In this document: piece after piece, positions 38,953-48,083 of the stretch | How positions within the stretch are numbered: the stretch's first letter is position 1 | How the letters are laid out: every line of letters starts with the position of its first letter | Virus record (IMG/VR): IMGVR_UViG_3300009177_000034 | Location: 5,374-69,373 of that record | DNA length: 64,000 nucleotides | Strand: one strand, 5' to 3' | Source: a virus | Made by a program: the position numbers and the translations under genes | The notes under the pieces: model-generated | Told to the model about the DNA's origin: nothing | The model's input: only the letters and a program-made list of their open reading frames with translations | Database searches by the model: none

Positions 38953-40035
38953 CTAGTGGCGGGCCCGCTGCTCGTCGACGTAGCGCTTGTAGAGGTCCGG
39001 GTGGGCCTTCGTCACCTGGTCGACGGCGGCGCTGTAGTCCAGCTTGCCGTCGGCCTTGGCGATGAGGCCCTGGGCCTTGGCGTCGATCTCGCTCCAGGCA
39101 TCGCCCGTGCCGCCGCCGCTCTGGTCCGAGCCGGCGGCCTTGAAGAGGCCCGCGGCGATCATGCCCGCGTCGGCGGCGCGCAGCAGTTCGGTGACGCGCT
39201 TGGCCACGTCGGGGGACAGCTTCTCGTCGATCTCGCGGAGGACCGCGTGGTCGTCGTCGGCCTTGATCGGCAGGCCCTTGAACGTCGCGCACTTGGCCAC
39301 GTACTCGGCGGTGAGGCGCGCGTCCTTCTCGGCCTTGGCGATGCCCTCCACGACCTCCAGGCGCTTCTTCAATTCCACGCTCTCGGCGGTGGCGTCGTCG
39401 AGGCGCTTCTGGATGTCGTCCGGGGCGGGGGTCTTGTCAGTCTCGGTGGCGGCCATGGGGTCTCCCTTCATCGTGACGGCGGGGATGGCGTGGGGCGCAG
39501 CGTTGGGGTCCGGATTCAGCGGTTGCGGGACGGCCAGCGGCTGCACCAGCGCGGGGTCCACCGGGCCCTTGCCGCGCACGGCCAGGAACGACTCCAGCAT
39601 CTGCGTCAGCTTGCCCAGCGCGTCGGCGAGCCAGGCGCCCTCGGTCGCGGGCACCGCCTTGTCGTCCTTCGGCTCCTTGGGCGGGTCGGCCTTCGGCGCC
39701 TCGGGGGGCGTCTCGACGGCGGCCGCCTTCGGCGCCTCGGGCGGGAACGGCTCCGCCTTCTTGACGCCGAGCTTCTCCATCGTCTGGTCGAACAGGGCCC
39801 GGAACCCGGACACCTTGGCGATCATCTCGGGCGTGGCGACAGGGGTCGGCTCGGTCATGGCGGCGTCCCTCTTGAACAGCACAACGTGAGCGCCCTCGCC
39901 GGTGGCGGAGTCTATCGAGGCCCCCCGGTCGACGAGGTCGATCCGCTGGTAGCGGAGGTTCGTGAGGCGGCGCGCCTTGCGCGGGCCCTTCGGAAGGGTA
40001 TTGACGTGCACGCCGTCCACGGTCGGCTGGGGCAT
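38953..40035 (-). CDS. scaffolding protein
   Basis: IDLVDRGA..A.VVLFKR N-terminus, coiled coil, HPDLY C-terminus. Confidence 0.78.
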   Translation of the reverse strand: MPQPTVDGVHVNTLPKGPRKARRLTNLRYQRIDLVDRGASIDSATGEGAHVVLFKRDAAMTEPTPVATPEMIAKVSGFRALFDQTMEKLGVKKAEPFPPEAPKAAAVETPPEAPKADPPKEPKDDKAVPATEGAWLADALGKLTQMLESFLAVRGKGPVDPALVQPLAVPQPLNPDPNAAPHAIPAVTMKGDPMAATETDKTPAPDDIQKRLDDATAESVELKKRLEVVEGIAKAEKDARLTAEYVAKCATFKGLPIKADDDHAVLREIDEKLSPDVAKRVTELLRAADAGMIAAGLFKAAGSDQSGGGTGDAWSEIDAKAQGLIAKADGKLDYSAAVDQVTKAHPDLYKRYVDEQRARH

Positions 40036-40514
40036 CAGGCTACCTCGCAGCGGAGCGTCAGCGGCGCCAGGTCGTCGTCCTCGGGCATCTCCACGATCTT
40101 CACGTCGGCCCCGCCCTCGACGCTGAACATCAGGCGGTCCCCGCGCACCACCCGCTGGTAGGTCGCCTCGGGCACCTCGTAGCCCACGAAGTGGCCGACC
40201 GGGAGGACGCCGTCGGGGATGCCGAGGGCCTTGATCTTCTCGGGGGTGAAGGCCATCGACTCGATCAGGCGCGACTGGGCGACGCCCTCGTGCATCTCGC
40301 CGCCCAGGCCCACGCCCTTGAGGACGAAGTCGTAGGCGGCCTCCTCGATGTCCTCGGGTTCCGTCACGTCGCCCTGCTTGTCAACGAAGACCTTCCCGTC
40401 ACGGGTGCGACTGATAATGGCCCACCCCCAGACGCGACGAGGCGATGCGGATTTGAACACTACGTCGAGTTCCCAGGCTACGGAGACTGGAGTTGGCATG
40501 TGATCTGACAGCAC
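40035..40514 (-). CDS. prohead serine protease (XkdF-like)
   Basis: RVWGWA..DKQGD..IEEAAY.F..EMH..ES..FSVEG. Confidence 0.85.
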   Translation of the reverse strand: MLSDHMPTPVSVAWELDVVFKSASPRRVWGWAIISRTRDGKVFVDKQGDVTEPEDIEEAAYDFVLKGVGLGGEMHEGVAQSRLIESMAFTPEKIKALGIPDGVLPVGHFVGYEVPEATYQRVVRGDRLMFSVEGGADVKIVEMPEDDDLAPLTLRCEVA

Positions 40515-40552
40515 GCTACCACACTCTAGAGAGTGGACTACTACTCCTCGTG

Positions 40553-41053
40553 CTACTCCAGGGCGTCCTGCCGCATGGGGCGCCGCCGGTTTCGAGCCTG
40601 CTCTGCCCGTGTTGCCCAGCGAAGGTTCCCCGCCTCGTACCCCCGGCCATTGTCGACGCGGTCAAGCGTATGAGCCGGGGAGGGGCGCGGGCCGACGTGG
40701 GCGAAGAACGTCTCGAAGTTGAGCATGGCTGGCGCCACGGCAATCCCGCGTCCGGCGTAGTCTTTCGCCTGCGGATGGTCTGGGCGACACCGTCGGATCA
40801 TATTCTGGTGGGCCAGGTACTCCGGGAGGCGGCTCCCTCCGTAGCGGAGCGAGCGTTCTCGGGTCAACTCCAGGCTGGCGCAGCCGCACGAGGTTGTGTG
40901 GCCGCTTTTGAGGTTGCCCTGGTCGACGATGCGCTCGTTCCCGCAGGCGCACCGCACCTGCCACGTCTTGAGATAATGCGGCCGCGTCGGACCGGCGCCG
41001 ACAACAGTCAGCCGGCCAAACGTGCTGCCCACCTCGACGGCGTCGGACCGCAC
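40553..41053 (-). CDS. HNH homing endonuclease
   Basis: FGRLTV..RCACG..SCGC..YAGRGI..TLDRVDN..YEAGNLRWAT. Confidence 0.9.
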   Translation of the reverse strand: MRSDAVEVGSTFGRLTVVGAGPTRPHYLKTWQVRCACGNERIVDQGNLKSGHTTSCGCASLELTRERSLRYGGSRLPEYLAHQNMIRRCRPDHPQAKDYAGRGIAVAPAMLNFETFFAHVGPRPSPAHTLDRVDNGRGYEAGNLRWATRAEQARNRRRPMRQDALE

Positions 41054-41333
41054 TGGCGCGCTACTCCAGGGCCGACCGGGGCACCGTCACGCTCCGGGGG
41101 CGCCCCGTCGCGTCGACGACCCGGACCCGCCGCCCGCGCCCGCTCACGCGGGTCACCGTGCCGGCGAGGCCGGCCGCCCAGGCCAGCGACGGGCGGAGGG
41201 CGTTGGCTGCGGGCAGGGTCACCGCGCCGCCCCGCACGTCCGCCTCGGCCTCTGCCGCCGCCACCGGGTCTGTCATGCGTCTGAGTCTACGCTGCGGCGC
41301 GTACGAAGCGGGCGCGTTCATTCAGCGCTCGAT

Positions 41334-43130
41334 TCACTCGGCTCTGGCCCGCGGCTCCAGCACCAGCGAGCACCGGCAGTTCTGGGTGATAATGCCACCG
41401 GCCATGTAGAACCCATCCCCCGTCTGGAGGTTGTAGACCGGCCCATGGAACGCATACGCCTCGACCATGCGAACGCGATCCGGCTCTACGTCGGTGGCCT
41501 CTCGGAGAATGCGCTCGCCCAGCGCCTCGGCGTCTCGCGCAGCGTCATCGCCCGACGGCTGGCCGCCCACGGGATACCGCGGCGCTCCCAGAGCGAGGCG
41601 GAGCGGCTCAAGTGGCAAGGCATGACCCCCGCGCAACGCCAGCGCCAGGTCCGCGCAGCGCACGCCGCGGCCACAGGGCGCACGGTCCCGCTGGCGACCA
41701 AACTGCGACTCGCGGCGACTCGGGAGGCTCGGGCACAGTTCGGAAGCGCGGAGGAGGCGCGCCTCGCGGGGATGCTCCAGCAGCGAGGCGTCGTCGTGAC
41801 CCCGCAGCGAGCCATCGGCCCATATAACTGCGACCTGGGAGCCGGCCCCGTCGCCGTGGAAGTCTTCGGCGGCAACTGGCACACGCGTGGGCGGCGCTAC
41901 GCGCGCCAAGCGGAGCGCACGCGCCACATCCTCAATGCGGGCTGGCATCTCCTCGTGGTGGTCGTGACACGAGCGGCCCCACTGACGGAGGCGACTGCTG
42001 ATTACGTCGCTGCCTACGTGGAGGCGGCCCGCCTGGACCCAGCCGCCCGGCGTGAGTATCGGATGGTTCGGGGTGCAGGCCAGACGCTTACCGCTGGCGG
42101 TGCGGAGGATGACCATATCGCCCTGGTAGATGCGGGCACTCGTCGCCGCAATCCGCGAACCGGGCGCTACGAGCGCGTCACCCGGTAGGCAGTTCGGATG
42201 CGCCGGCGGGCCCTCAGGGAACGCCTGGCCGATGGGGCGCGTCTCGCCGTCCAGTTCCCGGCACCGCTCGCAGGCGCTCGCGTCCTGGATGCGCCAGACC
42301 TGGACGTGGTCGGGCGGCAGCAGGTCGAGGGCGTCCAGGACCGCCCACCCCTCCACCAGGCCGGCCTGCGCCGCCGCCCACGTCTCCGTCGCGGCAATGG
42401 TCAGCGTCCGGGCGGCCCGGAGTTCCTCGCCGTAGACGGCCAGGGCCGCGCGAATCTGCGGGCGCGACAGGCGACCGTCCGCCAGGAGGCGCGTGCGCTC
42501 GGCCTGCAGCGCCGCCGCCTGGGCCTCCGTCAGGCCGACCATCGTCCGGAGTTCGGCCGCCGTCTCCTCGACGGACAGGCCGGCGCGGATGCTGCCCGCG
42601 ATCACGGCGCGGATGGCCGCGCGCGTGCCCGCCGTCACCTCGGCCACCGCGGCGGCCGCGCGCCGCTCGGCCCAGTCCGCGGCGGCGGCGCGGACGATGG
42701 CCAGGTCGGCCGCCTCGGTCCCGTCGGGCCCGCCGTCGTGCCGGGCGCCGGCGCGGAGGGCCGTCAGGAAGGCCGCGCCCAGGGCCACGACCAGGCCGGC
42801 CAGCAGCGCCCGCTCATGCTCCTGCCACGGCAGGTCGTCCACCTGGGCGTCCGTCAGGTCGGCCTCCGGGGAGTCGAGCCAGGCGCGCACGCGCTGCTCG
42901 GAGAACTGCTCGCGCAGTTGCGTCACGGCGGCCTGGTAGGTGGCGGCCACGTCGCGCTCCGCCCGCTGCGCGGCCCGCTCCAGGGCGGCCACGAGGGCGG
43001 GGTTGTCGGCCTTCGCCAGGTGCGCGTCCGCGAGGTCGAGGAAGCGGTCCAGCGCCGCCAGCAGCGGCGCCAGGCTCACGCGAGGAGTTGCCACGGGCAT
43101 CATCCGACCCGGGCTTCTTTCTTCACTCAC
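41334..43130 (-). CDS. MuF-like minor head protein, intein-containing
   Basis: RTLTIAATE..W...D..ACERC..LDG..PPAHPN|CRC motif split by an intein. Confidence 0.88.
   Translation of the reverse strand: MSEERSPGRMMPVATPRVSLAPLLAALDRFLDLADAHLAKADNPALVAALERAAQRAERDVAATYQAAVTQLREQFSEQRVRAWLDSPEADLTDAQVDDLPWQEHERALLAGLVVALGAAFLTALRAGARHDGGPDGTEAADLAIVRAAAADWAERRAAAAVAEVTAGTRAAIRAVIAGSIRAGLSVEETAAELRTMVGLTEAQAAALQAERTRLLADGRLSRPQIRAALAVYGEELRAARTLTIAATETWAAAQAGLVEGWAVLDALDLLPPDHVQVWRIQDASACERCRELDGETRPIGQAFPEGPPAHPNCLPGDALVAPGSRIAATSARIYQGDMVILRTASGKRLACTPNHPILTPGGWVQAGRLHVGSDVISSRLRQWGRSCHDHHEEMPARIEDVARALRLARVAPPTRVPVAAEDFHGDGAGSQVAVIWADGSLRGHDDASLLEHPREARLLRASELCPSLPSRRESQFGRQRDRAPCGRGVRCADLALALRGGHALPLEPLRLALGAPRYPVGGQPSGDDAARDAEALGERILREATDVEPDRVRMVEAYAFHGPVYNLQTGDGFYMAGGIITQNCRCSLVLEPRARAE
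41379..42191 (-). mobile_element. 271-aa intein in MuF with no in-frame endonuclease
   Basis: CLPGDALV (block A), CTPNHPILT..GW (B), VYNLQT..FYMAGGIITQN|C (F/G); removal restores HPNCRC. Confidence 0.92.
41445..42188 (+). CDS. HTH + Vsr/DUF559-like endonuclease encoded antisense inside the intein
   Basis: LY..GLS...LAQRLGVSRSVI.RRL...GI.RR HTH; EARL..ML..G....Q..IGPY.CD....AVEVFGGNWH...ILNAGW nuclease motif. Confidence 0.88.
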   Translation: MERIRLDHANAIRLYVGGLSENALAQRLGVSRSVIARRLAAHGIPRRSQSEAERLKWQGMTPAQRQRQVRAAHAAATGRTVPLATKLRLAATREARAQFGSAEEARLAGMLQQRGVVVTPQRAIGPYNCDLGAGPVAVEVFGGNWHTRGRRYARQAERTRHILNAGWHLLVVVVTRAAPLTEATADYVAAYVEAARLDPAARREYRMVRGAGQTLTAGGAEDDHIALVDAGTRRRNPRTGRYERVTR

Positions 43131-45138
43131 TTACTGGCATCGAACTCGTGGGCCTGGGCGACGATGGTACCGCCAGCGCCACATAAATCGGCCTGTCGCC
43201 GTCGGCCTTGCCAACCTTAACCTCCTTCCAACGCACGTTCCCAATCGGTGACTCGGACGGAACGAACGCCGCATCCGCTACCCAGGCCCGCTTGATCCAC
43301 TCTGGCGGGATGTCGCCCTTGATCTTCAGCGCCGTCCGCTTCCCGGTCTGTGCTGGGTCCTCTACGATTCGGTGTTTCTCCGACGCGGGGACATGCACTT
43401 CCAAGACAACCGCTGTCGCGTTCTCGGCCGAGTGCTGCGCCGCGTACGTAGCGAACGCGACAGCGGTCTGATGATCGTGCGCGAGGAATACGTGCCCCGT
43501 CTCCGTACCAGGCCACGCCTGCCCCGCCTTATCACCCTTGAGCCCGGTCGAGAGAATCGACGCAAGGTTGGCGCTACTCGTCCCATGCGTACCGATGATC
43601 GCGCCGGCTCCGCCCCCGCTCCCGGAGGAAAACTCCCCGGTGCTGGCGTCGTGGTTCGGGTTGCCCTCCTTGCGGACGACGACCGACGCGGCGACGGCCT
43701 GGCGCAGTTCGCGGACGGCCCGCACGAACTCCCGCCGCTCCGCGTGGTAGGCCCAGGCCGGCGCGGGCCCCGCGGCCTTGGCGATCTCGCCCTTGTCCCG
43801 CGTCGGCAGCTTCGCCGCGGCCATCAGCGCCGCCTCTAGCTCGGGCTCGGGGAATAATTCCATCCCGGCCCCGGACAGTTGGCCGATGAAGGCGCCCAGT
43901 TCCGACAGGTTCGGGGTGTCGATGGCGCCGTGGGCCAGCTTCGGCATCCGCTCGGAGCCCCACCCGTTGAGCGCCATCAGGCGCGGGATGGCGTGGCGGT
44001 TGAACACCTCGGCGATGGTGTCCAGGAACGACGCCAGGGCCAGGCCGAACAGGCGGGCCTTGTTCTCGTGCAGCGAGAACGACCCCGTGCCCTCGTGGCC
44101 GACGAGGATGAAGTCGGCCAGGACGGTCATGGCGATGCGCTGCTCGTAGCGGCCGATGATCTCGGTCGTGTCGTACTGCCGGCGCGAGCCCGTCGACAGC
44201 AGGGAGAACTCCAGCCAGTGCGGCAGGACCGCCCCCTCCTGCTCGTCGCGGCGCACCGAGCGGACGAACGTCTCGATCTTGTCCTTGAGCGCGTTGGCGT
44301 CGGGCGTCCCGGTCCAGATGTCGGGGCCGAGGGCCTTGCCGGTCGTCGGGTCCGTCTTGATTTGGGCCACGGGGTAGCCGGCCAGGTCGCGCTCCAGGCC
44401 GATGGCCTCGTACTCCTGGACGCGCTTCGCCAGGAACCACGAGCGGTAGGCGCCGCGCAGGATGCTGCGGCCCTCCGGGTTGCCCTTCCACGACGTGGGG
44501 CGGAACAGCAGCGACTTCTCGACGGGCAGCGTGACGATCTGGAACTTCGGCGGGGCCAGTTGCACCATCGCCTGGACGCCGCCCTCCTCGTCGAACTCCC
44601 AGTGCAGCAGCGAGTCCTGGGCGCGCGTGCTGATCTTGCGCCAGCCGATGCGGCCGTCGCCGTAGCGGCTGCGGCGCGTCGGGTCCGGGTCCTCGGCCAG
44701 GCGGCGCTTGTAGACGATCTCCGCCCAGTGCCAGCCGTAGGGCAGCATCGACAGCACCTCGGCGATGAGGTCCGCCCACGTGATATTCATATCGTCCAGG
44801 CACGAGTTCACGAACTGCGCGCGCAACTGGTCGCCCACGTCGGCGCTGGCCGCGTCGACCCGCCACGTCACCTGGCGCACGAGGTACTCGATGGCGAACA
44901 GCATCGCGTTGACCACGGCGTCGTTCTCCCGCATCTCGCGGTAGACGACCGCGGCCTGGCGCCCCTGGAGGACGCGCAGGAACTCCTCGACGACGTAGCC
45001 CGAGTAGCGCTTGAGGCCGGTGGAGCCTAGCTCGATGAACGGGTTGGTCGGGGCGTAGCCCGAGACGACGCCCGGCGTCGGGTCGGCGGGCACGACGACG
45101 CCCGGGGGCAGCGGCCCGCCGTTCGTGCTAGACGGCAT
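43123..45138 (-). CDS. portal protein with C-terminal ADP-ribosyltransferase-like extension
   Basis: ELGSTGL..YREM..D..NPEGRSILR.AY..ERDLAG..IP.L..LN portal motifs, then NPNHD..GEF linker and HGT..VFL..GDIPPEWI. Confidence 0.88.
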   Translation of the reverse strand: MPSSTNGGPLPPGVVVPADPTPGVVSGYAPTNPFIELGSTGLKRYSGYVVEEFLRVLQGRQAAVVYREMRENDAVVNAMLFAIEYLVRQVTWRVDAASADVGDQLRAQFVNSCLDDMNITWADLIAEVLSMLPYGWHWAEIVYKRRLAEDPDPTRRSRYGDGRIGWRKISTRAQDSLLHWEFDEEGGVQAMVQLAPPKFQIVTLPVEKSLLFRPTSWKGNPEGRSILRGAYRSWFLAKRVQEYEAIGLERDLAGYPVAQIKTDPTTGKALGPDIWTGTPDANALKDKIETFVRSVRRDEQEGAVLPHWLEFSLLSTGSRRQYDTTEIIGRYEQRIAMTVLADFILVGHEGTGSFSLHENKARLFGLALASFLDTIAEVFNRHAIPRLMALNGWGSERMPKLAHGAIDTPNLSELGAFIGQLSGAGMELFPEPELEAALMAAAKLPTRDKGEIAKAAGPAPAWAYHAERREFVRAVRELRQAVAASVVVRKEGNPNHDASTGEFSSGSGGGAGAIIGTHGTSSANLASILSTGLKGDKAGQAWPGTETGHVFLAHDHQTAVAFATYAAQHSAENATAVVLEVHVPASEKHRIVEDPAQTGKRTALKIKGDIPPEWIKRAWVADAAFVPSESPIGNVRWKEVKVGKADGDRPIYVALAVPSSPRPTSSMPVSE

Positions 45139-45307
45139 GGCCGACGTGCCGGTCCCGGTACTCGGCCAGGCGGACCAGGACGCGGACGGCCGCCGTGCTG
45201 ACGGTGACGACGCGCCGCTCGGGGTCGTAGCGCACGCGCCCGAGCACCTCGTCGTCGAGCCAGGCCGGCTCGCGGGCCTCCAAATACTCGTTCGGCGTCA
45301 CGATCAC
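45128..45307 (-). CDS. small hypothetical protein
   Basis: 59-aa GTG-start ORF filling the gap between terL and portal. Confidence 0.45.
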   Translation of the reverse strand: MIVTPNEYLEAREPAWLDDEVLGRVRYDPERRVVTVSTAAVRVLVRLAEYRDRHVGHAV

Positions 45308-45326
45308 GCCGGGCGCCGGGGCCGCA

Positions 45327-47918
45327 CTAGATGCTGCCCCGCCAGTTGTCGCGCAGGAGGGCGACCGGGAAGCCGGTCGTGTCGGGGCCGCGGAGCAGTT
45401 CGGCGGCGAAGGCCTGGACGACCGCGTCGCCGTCGTCGGTGGAGCGCTCCTCGCCGGTCTCTCGCTTGATGCGCTTGATCACGTCGTCCTTGCTCTCCAC
45501 CTGAATCTTGCCGCCCGACATGACCCGCCAGCGGGGCGCGGTCAGGTCCCCGGTTAGCCTATCATCCGGGGGCAGCGCGACCGTAGGACCAAACGCGGGG
45601 TCCAGGCGCTCGCGCAGGCCCCACCAGGCGGCGGAGCGGAGGTTGGCGAAGCCCAACTCTCCAGAGCGGTCCAGAGCCTCGCACTTCGCCGACGCCGTGA
45701 AGGCGACGACGGAGGCCGAGCGGGCCAGCGCGTAGTCCTCGGCGATCTGCTCGCGGACGCGGTGGAACACGCCCGCGCCGATGCCCGTGCTGTCGACGAT
45801 GCCCCGGCCGCCGCGGGCGCGGAGGACGCCCAGGAGCGCCCCCGCCGTCACCATCGTGTCGCGGCGGGGCAGGCGGCGGAGGGCGGCCAGCACGTCGCCC
45901 GCGCGCAGGGCCAGGACGCTCCGGTCGGCCTGCTCGCCCTCGCCCCCCACGTCGCACCCCACCGCCGTCAGGGCGCCCGTGTCGGGGTCGCCGCCGCCCT
46001 CGCGCCAGGCGTGCCACCGCTCGTTGGCCGCCTCGATCCAGGCCAGCGGGACGACGCCGTCCGTCTCGCTGGCCGCGAACTCGCCCAGGACGCGGTTGGC
46101 GTAGACGGGGGAGGTCGCGCCCCACTGCTCGGCGCGCATCCGCGCCCACTCCGCCGACATGCGGCCCGAGGCGATGGTCTCGTCCCGCGTGATGTGGCGC
46201 GTCCACCAGTCGTCGTAGCCGGCGCGGCGGGCGTGGATGTCGTAGAAGCGCCCGTGGGGTTCGCCCGGGGTCGAGATGATCAGCGCCAGGGCCTCGCGCC
46301 CGGTGTCCTGGCCGGCGCCGCTGAACGCGCCCTCGGCGGCGTCGAAGGTCTCGCTGCGGATGGTCTTCGCCTCGTCGAAGATGTAGAGCATGTGGTCGGC
46401 GTGGGCCCCCTCGATCAGGGCCGGCTCGTCGCTGGCCACGGCGAAGGCGGCGCCGCCCGACAGCTTGAGCGACATGCCGGTCAGTTCCAGGTGGCGGTCG
46501 AACGGCGCGCGGCCGATGACCTCCCAGCGGAGGCGGCGGGCCCACTTGTGGACCTCGGGCCAGAGGTAGCGCTCCAACTGTCTCCAGACGGAGGCCGTCG
46601 AGACGCACTTCCAGTCCAGGCCCTCGCGCGTCAGGGCGAACCACAGGATGGCCTGCGCGGCCATCGCCGTGTTGTGCGTGACGATGCCGTCGTTGCAGAG
46701 GTAGAGGCCGTCGGGCGCGTCGACGGTGATGCACCGCTGCGCGGCCGCGCCCGCGGGGGCGATGGCGGCGATCCATCGTTGGAGGTATCGCTTCTGCGAG
46801 ACGAACCGCATCCGCTCCCGCTTCCGCTCGACCAGGACCCAGTCGCCCGCCGGCATCGTGAGCCGAACGTTGTAGACGGGCCCGTAGGCGTTGCGCGTCT
46901 CGCTCCGTCGGGCTTTCCCGCCGAGGGACCGCGCGAGCCATGCGACCCCGTCCGCGAGCGCCGGACTGACCGAGTTGTAGACGAGTTGGCCCTCCCGCGT
47001 GACCCAGCCGTCCGTATCCAGGAGCCCGCGCAGCATCGCTTCGCGGTGCGGGCGGGCGTTTTCAAGGTAGACCCGGGGGATGAACTTGGTGTGCGAGCCG
47101 CACTCGTACAGCCCGAGGGTCCGCAGCCCGGGCAGCAACCCGTGGACCCAGACGCCGCCCGCCGCCACCGGCCGGAGGACATACCCCGCCGCCTCGATTT
47201 GCCGGTGGATCTCCTTGTCACGCGCGTGCATGTAGCCCGTGCGTCGCCCCCCGTCGCCCAGCCAGGTGCCGAGGGTATAGGGGTCAACGGGCACCCACCT
47301 GGGCGGATAGTCCCACCCTGTGACGGGGATATGAAAACGACGCGCGCGACCGATCCCGTTGGAGCGGGTGACTCCCGAGGCGCTGAGGGCCTCGGTCGTG
47401 AACGTCTGCCACGGGGGAGGCCGCCCCGACCAGTCGGAGGACGTGCCACGCTGGACGGCCCACTCGTGCTCGGCTGAGCAGAGGGTCGAGGCGCCGTCGT
47501 CGAACGTCACGCGATAGACCGGGCGCACGCCCCACGGCCACACCGCCATGACGCGCACCGGCTGGCCTGATGACCCGAACACGCGGTCCCCGACCTGGAG
47601 GTCGCCGAAGCGCCGCCGTCCGTCGGGCGTGTCAATGTCAAGGTCGTCTGGTTGGGCCTTCCCCGGCCCGTGCGGCCCGCGGACGGCGGCCCGGCGCGCC
47701 GTCACCAGGTGGCGGAGGATGTCGCGCTGGTAGGCCGTCTGGCCCTCGCCGCGGAGCCAGGTGAACGCCTCGTCGGTGAACGCCACCGGGTCCCGGCGCC
47801 AGCGGGCCATCTGCTGGGCGTGCGACTCGCCCTCGGCACGGAGGGCGGCGCGCCGCTGGCGCTCGGCGCGGAGTTCCTCGGCCGTCGGGGGACCGTACCA
47901 GGCGGGCGGGCGGCTCAT
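45327..47918 (-). CDS. terL: terminase large subunit, intein-containing
   Basis: YQ..IL, Walker A GPHGPGK|T, IFDEA, ISTP, GCDV and DDGDA motifs. Confidence 0.93.
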   Translation of the reverse strand: MSRPPAWYGPPTAEELRAERQRRAALRAEGESHAQQMARWRRDPVAFTDEAFTWLRGEGQTAYQRDILRHLVTARRAAVRGPHGPGKAQPDDLDIDTPDGRRRFGDLQVGDRVFGSSGQPVRVMAVWPWGVRPVYRVTFDDGASTLCSAEHEWAVQRGTSSDWSGRPPPWQTFTTEALSASGVTRSNGIGRARRFHIPVTGWDYPPRWVPVDPYTLGTWLGDGGRRTGYMHARDKEIHRQIEAAGYVLRPVAAGGVWVHGLLPGLRTLGLYECGSHTKFIPRVYLENARPHREAMLRGLLDTDGWVTREGQLVYNSVSPALADGVAWLARSLGGKARRSETRNAYGPVYNVRLTMPAGDWVLVERKRERMRFVSQKRYLQRWIAAIAPAGAAAQRCITVDAPDGLYLCNDGIVTHNTAMAAQAILWFALTREGLDWKCVSTASVWRQLERYLWPEVHKWARRLRWEVIGRAPFDRHLELTGMSLKLSGGAAFAVASDEPALIEGAHADHMLYIFDEAKTIRSETFDAAEGAFSGAGQDTGREALALIISTPGEPHGRFYDIHARRAGYDDWWTRHITRDETIASGRMSAEWARMRAEQWGATSPVYANRVLGEFAASETDGVVPLAWIEAANERWHAWREGGGDPDTGALTAVGCDVGGEGEQADRSVLALRAGDVLAALRRLPRRDTMVTAGALLGVLRARGGRGIVDSTGIGAGVFHRVREQIAEDYALARSASVVAFTASAKCEALDRSGELGFANLRSAAWWGLRERLDPAFGPTVALPPDDRLTGDLTAPRWRVMSGGKIQVESKDDVIKRIKRETGEERSTDDGDAVVQAFAAELLRGPDTTGFPVALLRDNWRGSI
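46671..47657 (-). mobile_element. 329-aa class 3 intein with LAGLIDADG endonuclease in the TerL Walker A motif
   Basis: Ala1 (AQP), block B EHEW, block F RCITV, terminal VTHN|T; LGTWLGDG and LRGLLDTDG. Confidence 0.92.
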
Positions 47919-48083
47919 GCGCGGGCCTCTGGCCTCACCAAGCGCCACCCGCGGCCATGACAGCCGGGGCAGACGCGCATCGCCGCCGTCGGCAGGCCCA
48001 GGTGGCAGGGCATCGAGTCCATCCGCTCCCGCCCCAGGCGCCCGCAGCCGACGCACCAGGCCTCGCGGCGGAGGGGCGGGGGG

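Noticed and set aside
40493-41284. + strand ORF over the HNH at 40553 (likewise 3938-4558)
   Set aside because: Shadow of a sense-oriented HNH; no motif and no coupling to + strand genes
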